From positions 13,020,001 through 13,084,000 of the forward strand of contig OX597827.1 of the NCBI GenBank assembly GCA_951406725.2: a stretch of DNA of 64,000 nt, given 5' to 3'. Below the pieces are notes generated by a model, which saw only the letters and a list, made by a program, of their open reading frames with translations, ran no database searches and was not told where the DNA came from. The stretch comes from Octopus vulgaris. Taxonomy: Eukaryota. The position numbers and the translations under genes are program-made. Positions 54,217-64,000 of the stretch are shown piece by piece; position 1 is the first letter of the stretch; each line of letters begins with the position of its first letter.

Positions 54217-54249
<33 letters not shown>

Positions 54250-54629
54250 CATCGTCATTGATGTTGTTGTTGTTACATTTGTTCATCTCATGCAAATGTA
54301 CATTTTTCAGCGATCAAACAGCGAATGTCCTTGCTTCCAAGTTTTCGTGTTTGTTTCATTGAGTATTTATAATCCTGCTTAAATTCATTTGATAATGCTA
54401 TAAATATGGCCTGGCTTCAGACCAAAATAAACACACGTGTGTACGTTTTGAGAACTGACAATGCTAACAACAACAGCATTGATGATGATGGTGGTGGTGG
54501 TGGTGGTGGTGGTAATAATGATGATGATGATGATGATGATGAAAGAGACCTTGTGAGACCTTTGACAACACAGGCTGCTGTCTGCTCTTACAGAATTAGC
54601 CAGAACAAGGTTGGAGAAGTAAAAATGGA

Positions 54630-55427
<798 letters not shown>

Positions 55428-55430
55428 ATA

Positions 55431-55462
<32 letters not shown>

Positions 55463-55469
55463 GATAATA

Positions 55470-55760
55470 ACTCAGATACCTAACTCAGGAAACCCAAAAA
55501 TGGCAGAAATTCAAAAGATAGTGCTCATGGGTACTGCTCATATCCTACGCAAAATACTTTCTATGTAATCTCAAGGTTTAAAACAAACATAATTTTCGTT
55601 TTTTTTTTTAGACATTCACTAGTACAACACCAAAAAACAAAAACAAATACATGGCACACTAGGCATAACAACAACATGAACTTCCAACCTGTTGTCTCTT
55701 GAGGTCTCTGGGTGAGACTTGGAGCCAACTTGTGCAAATATAAAGCAAAAGTCAAACATA

Positions 55761-55765
<5 letters not shown>
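55470..55765 (+). mobile_element. Dong/R4-like LINE 3' end in (TAA)n
   Basis: GNPKMAEIQKIVLMGTAHILRKILSM* (stop 55566-68), then a 3' UTR and (TAA)n. Confidence 0.8.
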
Positions 55766-55798
<33 letters not shown>

Positions 55799-56547
55799 TT
55801 AATAATAATGGTTTCAAAGTTTGGCACAATGCCAGCAATTTCAGGGTGGGGGGTAAGTTGATTACATCCACCCCAGTGCTCAACTGGTACTTATTTCATC
55901 GACTCCAAAAGGACGAAAAGCGAAGTCAACCTTGACAGAACTGGAACTCCGAACGTAAAGGCAGACAAACTACCACTAGGTATTTTGTTTAGCACAATAA
56001 TGATTCAGCCATCTTGCTGCCTTAATAATCATAACAACAACAACAACAATAAGAAGAAGAATTTCTTAGAATGCTGAGAAATTAAATAAAATGGTCATCG
56101 TATTCTATCGAGTGTACATAGCAAGAGTCTGCGAAGTTATTCCTTAATGAACATACATTGAAATAATTGACATAAATTAGGAAATTTCTACTTTTATAGA
56201 TGAAAATAGATACGCACTGACAGCAATATACATCCCATGTGAAATCACATATCATGCACGTATTTGATTGCAAGAAGTCACCTGAGAGTTCAGGTATTTC
56301 TAGAAAACTTTAACCAGCTACAGATTTCAGTAAATAAGCTACATTCATAGCGAGATACCATCTCGAAGTATTTTAGCCAATCATATCATCCTTGCTGCTT
56401 ATTTAAGTCTGGTATTTATTTCATCTTGATATCAATTTATCAAGTAGTTTAACTTTTAACTTTGTAGTATAAAGGAATTGAGTTTAACAAACTGTTAGTG
56501 TGTACTAGTATATACAAACATAGACAGAGTTATGTACACATACACGT

Positions 56548-56580
<33 letters not shown>

Positions 56581-56737
56581 GTACGTGCCAGTACATACAT
56601 ACATGCATAAATGCACACACCTATACACATACCCATATACACATATAATTTCCTTTAAACAGGTAATCTGGAATCTGGAACTCAACACATGACCAGAGAA
56701 TATATATATATATATATATCAACATCATCATCATCGT

Positions 56738-56966
56738 CGTGACCGCCCAGGCTATCAGATGTTGCTACACATCGCTGGTCACAATGCGCTTCACATTGTT
56801 TTAGCCTTCAAATTATGCCACCCCGCTGGCTAAGCGAGCAGGCCAACAGAAGAAAGAATGAGAGCCTCGTGGAGCTTTGTTTTCGCTCAATAAACACTCA
56901 CAACGCCCGGTCTGAGAATTGAAACCGCGAGTCTGCTGCCCTAACCACTGGGCCATTGCGCCTCCA
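56738..56966 (-). mobile_element. SINE family C, internally deleted
   Basis: tRNA-like head TGGCCCAGTGGTTAGG and the family C tail. Confidence 0.85.
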
Positions 56967-56992
56967 CACACACACACACACACATATATATA

Positions 56993-57191
56993 TGATCTTA
57001 TGTGTACCGTTGGCGATTTTTTCCTTTGTCTTCCCTTCTCTGGATCTTTCCTTCTCCTATGATTCCGACGAAGAGCTCCGCTCGAAACGTTAAACCCTCC
57101 TTGTTTCCTTCTTTCCTGACCGTCCAATAATTCTATTTGTTCCACATCCTCGCGTTGTTGTTTTTTTTTGTGTTTTCTAGTTTGGATTAAC

Positions 57192-57192
<1 letters not shown>
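56993..57192 (+). mobile_element. ~200-bp (TA)n-embedded hammerhead-motif unit
   Basis: CCGACGA-A-GAGC-TCC-GCTC-GAAAC-GTT-AAAC at 57065-57095. Confidence 0.65.
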
Positions 57193-57224
<32 letters not shown>

Positions 57225-57798
57225 GTTTGTGCATCTGTGTAAATAAATATAAATATTTATATTTATACGAACACACACATCATTATTGGCATCATCATTA
57301 TTATTTAACGTCTGTCTTCCTTGCTGACATTGTTTGTGCAGTTTGATAGGGTCTGACTGCATTGAGCTTCAAGCTGCTTCCAGGGTCCACTTTGGCATGG
57401 GTTTTCTAAAACAGGATGCTAGACCCTTTTTTTTTTCATAGCCTTTGAGACTGAGGATATCCACAATCCTGTGATCTGGCCTGAATTCTTACAACACAGT
57501 CCATTCTGCCAAATACATCCAATGATGGGATTAGCAGGTGGATGGGATTATCAGGTACCCACAAATTTAGAATGTAAAAATGTTGGAACAAAATCTCATT
57601 CAGCACTTTGATCATTCTACTAATTTATCATCTTGGATTTCTACTTTATTTTATCAACCACCAAAGAATGAAAGCCAAAGTAGACTTTGGTGGGATTGGA
57701 ACTCGGAGAGCACAGAGCCAGAACTAATACAACAAAGCACTTTGTCCTATGTTCTAATGACTTTGCCAATGTTCCACGTGTTAATTTTATTCAATTAT

Positions 57799-58199
57799 TA
57801 CTCTTTTACTTGTTTCAGTCATTTGACTGCGGCCATGCTGGAGCACCGCCTTTAATTGAGCAGCTTGACCCCGGGACTTACTCTTTTGTAAGCCCAGTAC
57901 TTATTCTATCGGTCTCTTTTGCCAAACCGCTAAGTAACAGGGACATAAACACACCAGCATCGGTTGTCAAGCAATGCTAGGGAGACAAACACATACACAC
58001 AAACACACACACGCATATGTATATATACATATATACGACGGGCTTCTTTCAGTTTCCGTCTACCAAATCCACTCACAAGGCTTTGGTTGGCCCGAGGCTA
58101 TAGTAGAAGACACTTGCCCAAGGTGCCACGCAGTGGGACTGAACCCGGAACCATATGGTTAGTAAACAAGCTACTTACCACACAACCACTCTTGCGCCT
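57799..58199 (-). mobile_element. SINE family A
   Basis: Full-length reverse copy. Confidence 0.9.
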
Positions 58200-58531
58200 A
58201 TAGAAAATGATTTTTTTAATGTTGATATTAAATAAAAAGGGAGGTTATGGTTTATTGATTTTTACCAAATGGATAATAATGGTCATAAAGTTGAGACCTG
58301 TTTATCTATTCAGACCATGAGTATAGTTTAATGTCTGTCACTACTAATTCTACCAATTATGCTTTTAGTATCTTTGTCACTAAGTGAGGTGTTCACCAGA
58401 GTCACTGTGGTTACAGTGTAAGATTATTATGGATTAGACTAGGTTGAGTGTATTGTAACCAGGAACAAAACTTATGAAGATTTCATAATATATTTATTTA
58501 AAGAAAGGCTGTACACATATCTTCAGCTTTC

Positions 58532-58945
58532 GGCAGTGAGCTGGCAGAAACGTTAGCATGCCGGGTGAAATGCTTTGCGGTATTTCGTCCGCCGCTTCGT
58601 TCTGAGTTCAAATTCCGCCGAGGTCGACTTTGCCTTTCATCCTTTCGGGGTCGATTAAATAAGTACCAGTTACGCACTGGGTCGATATAATCGATTTTCA
58701 TCCCTTTGTCTGTCCTTGTTTGTCCCCTCTGTGTTTAGCCCCTTGTGGGTAATAAAGAAATAGGTATTTCGTCCGCCGCTGCATTCTGAGTTCAAATTCT
58801 GCCGAGGTCGACTTTGCCTTTCATCCTTTCGGGGTCGATTAAATAAGTACCAGTTACGCACTGGGGTCGATATAATCGATTTAATCCCTTTGTCTGTCCT
58901 TGTTTGTCCTCTCTATGTTTAGCCCCTTGTGGGTAGTAAAGAAAT
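58532..58945 (+). mobile_element. SINE family B head-to-tail dimer
   Basis: The second unit starts at GGTATTTCGTCC (~58763). Confidence 0.9.
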
Positions 58946-59128
58946 AAGTTTAAAGTTACAGATGGCTAATGGTATGTCCATCCATGCTCAAAGTTTGCAC
59001 CACTAGTCCGGAACCCTTATCTTGCTCTGTGTATCAATCTCCTGGAAACTGTTCAGAAACTTGCAACCAGACAAATACTCAGTGTCAGGTATCTATCATA
59101 CTGTGAATGTTTTGCTTTCCTGAATATG

Positions 59129-59362
59129 TATTTCTTTACTACCCACAAGGGGCTAAACATAGAGGGGACAAACAAGGACAGACACAGGGATTAAGTCGAT
59201 TACATCGAGCCCGGTGCGAAACTGGTACTTAATTTATCGACCCCGAAAGGATGAAAGGCAAAGTCGACCTCGGCGGAATTTGAACTCAGAACGTAGCGGC
59301 AGATGAAATACGGTTACGCATTTCGCTCGGCGTGCTAACGGTTCTGCCAGCTTGCCGCCTTA
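59129..59362 (-). mobile_element. SINE family B
   Basis: 13-bp TSD TTYCCTGAATATG at 59116-59128 and 59363-59375. Confidence 0.9.
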
Positions 59363-59639
59363 TTCCCTGAATATGGACACGTTAAAGCTCCAATGTTTGG
59401 CAACTGTTTTGATAATCCACGGGGTTATCCACCATCTTTCCAACAATAACTTTCGGCCCCTTTATAAATTCCATAAATCTAACATTCATGGAAATGCTTA
59501 ACACAGCACCCATAGCATTTGGAAATACTTCTCATATTCAGAATTAATGAAGCATGGAATAAACTGCCCATATCATTTGTTAGCTGTTGGGACACTACAT
59601 CCTTCAAAACTTCCACGCTTCCTGGAATTCACTAACAGT

Positions 59640-60021
59640 ACACCTGATGACCCCCACCTGATGTAGTGTCCCAGTACATGGAATATACACAGAAAGGGAA
59701 CAGTGAATAAGTTGTTAAAAATAACTAAATACAATGAATAAATAGGTGTAGGAGTGGCTGTGTGGTAAGTAGCTTGCTTACAAACCACATGGTTCCGGGT
59801 TCAGTCCCACTGTGTGGCACCTTGGGCGAGTGTCTTCTACTACAGCCTCGGGCCGACCAAAGCCTTGTGAGTGGATTTGGTAAACGGAAACTGAAAGAAG
59901 CCCATCATATATGACTCCCACCCCATTGTATTTATTTATTTTTAACAACTTATTCACTGTTCACTTTCTGTGTATATTCTATGTACTGGGACACTACATC
60001 AGGTGGGGTGTCATCAGGTGT
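59640..60021. repeat. ~97-bp inverted repeat enclosing a SINE A 5' half (59744-59910)
   Basis: Arms 59640-59736 and 59924-60021 are near-perfect reverse complements. Confidence 0.9.
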
Positions 60022-60228
60022 TCTTCATCAAAGATGAAGGCAGATTCGTAGAATGATCAGAGAAAGCCTATCAAAAATGTGTGCGCAAATTATACGTTAA
60101 AGTCTATTTGCTTTTGCAAGATTAGAGAGTCGTATTATTAATTTACCAAATATATCCTGAAATACCTCCCACACATTCTTTCTGTCTCTCTCACTCTCTC
60201 CCTGTATATATATGTATATATATATATA

Positions 60229-60432
60229 TGTGACCTCGTGAGTACCGCTGGTGATTTTTTTCCTCTGTCTTCCCTTCTCGGGATCTTTCCTTCTCCTATG
60301 TTTCCGACGAAGAGCTCCGCTCGAAACGTTTAACCCTCCTTCTTCCCTTCTTTCCTGAGCGTCCAATAATACTTTATTTGTCCCACGTCCTCGCGTTGTT
60401 GTGTTTTTTTTTGTGTTTTCTTGTTTGGATTA

Positions 60433-60435
<3 letters not shown>
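60229..60435 (+). mobile_element. ~200-bp (TA)n-embedded hammerhead-motif unit
   Basis: GTTT-CCGACGA-A-GAGC-TCC-GCTC-GAAAC-GTT-TAAC at 60300-60334. Confidence 0.65.
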
Positions 60436-60489
<54 letters not shown>

Positions 60490-60668
60490 ATATATATAAA
60501 TACCTATATACATATATATAGATGACTATGTAGATATATGTAAATATATACATATGTGTGTGTATGTGTGTATCATATGTATATATGTATATGTATGTAT
60601 ATATATGTATGCATGCAGGTATGTACATATAGCTACATATATATACAGATACATATAAATACATATGT

Positions 60669-60968
60669 CACGTCACGTGACCGACCAGTCCATCAGGTGT
60701 AGTTACACATCGCTGGTCACAATGCGTTCGCATTGTTTTAGCCTTCGAATGACGCCACCCCGCTGGCTAAGCGAGCAGGTCAACAGAGGAAAGAGTGTGA
60801 GAAAGAGTGGTGAAAGAGTACAGCAGGGATCACCACCCCCTGCCGGAGCCTCGTGGAGCTTTTAGGTGTTTTCGCTCAATAAACACTCACAACGCCCGGT
60901 TTGGGAATCGAAACCGCGATCCTAAGACCGCGAGTCCGTTGCCTTAACCACTGGGCCATTGCACCTCC
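60669..60968 (-). mobile_element. SINE family C, full length (tRNA-derived)
   Basis: A box TGGCCCAGTGGTTAAGG, B box GGTTTCGATTCCC; 12-bp TSD AAATACATATGT. Confidence 0.9.
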
Positions 60969-61364
60969 AAATACATATGTACACACACTAATATATGTAT
61001 GTATGTGTGTGTGTGTGTGTGTGTTCTGAAATGTTTATTACTTTCAGACTTGAAATCCTACAAAGAACAATTTCCCTATCATTCATCCGTGGGTTGGTAA
61101 AATGAATACCAGTCAACTACTTGGGTTCATTTAATGTTCTTGTAATGCGTTTTAGATGTGAAGAGAAGGAATTATAACAGAAAACTAATATTGGGTATAC
61201 CTCGCTTTTAAGTAGGTGCACCATGGTACTTCGTATCATAAGGGGTGACGGGCAGGGTTATTGACAAGAAAGGTGTCCAGCCAAACAGTGCTACCCCAAA
61301 ACTGGACCTACCAACCCATACCAAGTAGAAGAATGGACAGATGATAAAGGGTGAGGTTGAAAAA

Positions 61365-62362
61365 GGAGGAGGAGGAGGAGGTGACGAGGAGGAGGGTGAT
61401 GAGGAGGAGGGTGATGAGGAGGAGGGTGATGAGGAGGAAGGTGACGAGGAGGATGGGGGGAGGGTGATGATGATGATGATGATGAGGGGGGAGGGGGAGG
61501 GGAGGGGAGGGGGAGGAAGGTGACGTGGAGGAGGAGGAAGGTGATGAGGAGGAAGGTGATGAGGAGGAAGGTGATGAGGAGGAAGGTGATGAGGAGGAAG
61601 GTGATGAGGAGGAAGGTGATGAGGAGGAGGAGGAAGGTGACGACGAGGAGGGTGATGAGGGGGATGACGAGGAGGAAGGTGACGAGGAGGATGGGGAAGG
61701 TGATGATGATGATGATGATGATGCTGAGGGGGGAGGGAGAGGTGGAGGAGGAGGAAGGTGACGAGGAGGATGGGGGAGGATGATGATGATGATGAGGGGG
61801 GAGGTGACGAGGAGGTGGAGGAGGAGGAAGGTGATGATGAGGAGGAGGAAGGTGATGATGAGGAGGGGAAGGTGAGGAGGAGGAGGGGAAGGTGAGGAGG
61901 AGGAAGGTGAGGAGGAGGAAGGTGAGGAGGAGGAGGAGGATATATGACATGACAGTATGAGATCTATCTAACCCATACCAGCTTGAAAAAATAAAATGGA
62001 AGTAAGATGTTGATAATGATGACGATGATGGTGATGATGAATATAATGATGACGATGACGATGATGAATGTCAACAATGAGGATGGTGGACGATGATGAA
62101 TATAATGATGACAGTGACAATGACAAAGATGTCAACAATGATGATGATGAGAGTGATGATAGTGACAATGATGAAAATGATGACAATATTGACTATGATG
62201 GTGACGATAACGATGACAGTTACAATGATGATGATGATGATGATGATGATGGTGACGACGAGGAGGAGGAGGAGGAGGGGCAGGAGGAAGAGGGGGAGGG
62301 AGAGTTTGGCACCACCTACGCCAACGATAATAATGATGAAGACGATGATGATGATGATGAAG
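61365..62362. repeat. Purine-rich (GAG/GAT) low-complexity tract with 15-bp units GAGGAGGAAGGTGAT
   Basis: Direct observation. Complementary (CAT/CAC)n tracts at 62607-62785 and 63240-63655. Confidence 0.95.
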
Positions 62363-62747
62363 TTTGAGCATCTGGCTGTGTTAAATTAACCTAGTTCAGG
62401 TAGTAATAAAATATAATTAATGATGTAGTAAATTTTAAAAAAAACAAACAAAAAAAATCAATAAGAAGTGTAATGTTTTACTGCGCCCCCCCCCCCATTA
62501 ACTGCCCCTTTCCATATATTAACCCCTTTCAAACCAACACACATAAAACATAAAACTGTGCAGCCTTTAAAATAACCAAATTTAAATTCAAATCTTGTTC
62601 TGTAATTTCATCATCATCATCACCATCATCATCACCATCACTATCACCATCACCACTACCACCACCACCATCACAATCACAATCACCATCATCATCATCG
62701 TCATCATCATCACCATCACCACCACCACCACCACCATCACCATAACT

Positions 62748-62785
<38 letters not shown>

Positions 62786-62786
62786 T

Positions 62787-63125
62787 AAGGCGGTTACGTT
62801 CTGAGTTCAAATACTGCCGAGGTCGACTTTGCCATCCTTTCAGAGTCGATAAATTAAGTACCAGTTATGCACTTGGAGTCAATATAATCGACTTAATCCA
62901 TCTGTCTGTCCTTGTTTGTCCCCTCTGTGTTTAGCCCCTTGTGGGTAGTAAAGAAGTAGGTATTTCACTTGTCGCTACATTCTGAGTTCAAATTCTGCCG
63001 AGGTCAGCTTTGCCATTCTCATCCTTTTGGAGTCAGTAAAATAAGTACCAGCTGAACATTGGGGGTCAATGTAATCGACTCATCCCCTTCCTCAAAACGC
63101 CTGCTCTTGTGGCAAAATTTGAAAC
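62787..63125 (+). mobile_element. SINE family B dimer, second unit with alternative tail
   Basis: Internally deleted first unit, junction AAGTAGGTATTTC (~62955), and a second unit ending GGCAAAATTTGAAACC. Confidence 0.8.
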
Positions 63126-63545
63126 CTGCCCCAGCATGGCCACGGCCTTCGAGCTAAAACATTTTTAAGGATTTAAGGATTACATGAAATAAATAACATC
63201 AGATTTTAATATGTAAAACATAAAGTTCCTTTTCACCATCCTCCTCTTCCACCCCCTCCCCATCCTCTTCCTCCTCCTCCTCCTCATCATCATCATCATC
63301 AGTATCATTATTACCAGCTTCACTGCAAACAACATCATCGTTAGCACCATCGTCAGTAAGAACATTTTTGTCATCATCATCATCAAATGTAACCCCCCCC
63401 ATCGTTATCATCATCATCACCGCCACTATCACCACTCCCATTACTATCACACCAACAACAACAACAATGACATCATCATCTTCGTTATTGTCATCATCAT
63501 TATCACCATCATTATGATTATCATCATTATCATTGACACCACCAC

Positions 63546-63590
<45 letters not shown>

Positions 63591-64000
63591 TTTCATCACT
63601 GCCACCGTCACCACCACCAACACAACCAGTAACATCATCATCATCATCATCATCATATACCAGTTTATTGTATTGATAAACAACAAAATTCATTATTTCA
63701 ATTAATCTCTCATAATTATTGACTGCGTTTGGAAACTAAAACATATGGCTGCGTATATTCTTGTCGGAAATATGAAAATATGATCAGCAAAGCATTTTGG
63801 TTAAATGCTACCAAATTGACTAATAGTTATAATAACAAGAAGTGAAAGAGAACCAGTGTGTGTTTATTGTTGGTATAATGACCCTCCCAAAATTCAACAA
63901 AATAAGTATTGAAACATTCACAAGAATAAAAATTTCATTTTAAACACATGGATCCCAGTAAGACTGTATAGGTAAGAAGTTTCCTTTGCAGCTATGTGGT

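Noticed and set aside
59641-59665. CTGATGA as a hammerhead core
   Set aside because: No stem II followed by GAAA.
60890-60968. tRNA gene
   Set aside because: It has A/B boxes but continues into a SINE body with a TSD and lacks a convincing acceptor stem.

Overview
This is AT-rich eukaryotic DNA made almost entirely of repeats, probably intronic or intergenic. The SINE types and extreme microsatellite density resemble an octopus/coleoid cephalopod genome (inference). There is no intact protein-coding ORF, rRNA, tRNA gene or CRISPR array, and nearly all listed ORFs are artefacts of microsatellites or SINEs. Retroelements: more than 40 copies of at least four SINE families, several with clear target-site duplications; microsatellite-embedded R4/Dong-like LINE ends; Penelope remnants. 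DNA transposons: non-autonomous Helitrons; piggyBac, hAT and Tc1/mariner MITEs; an 8-bp-TSD MITE carrying (CCCTAA)n; decayed Tc1/mariner and hAT-like transposases. The window also holds tandem arrays and long inverted repeats. The most notable signals are four. First, hammerhead-ribozyme motifs in short (TA)n-embedded elements: one with a complete catalytic core at about 19056-19104, plus a fixed-length ~200-bp family. Second, SINE dimers with a recurrent junction, one flanked by a single TSD. Third, a SINE internal microsatellite that repeatedly hosts other elements. Fourth, weak candidate minus-strand exons with Tyr motifs.
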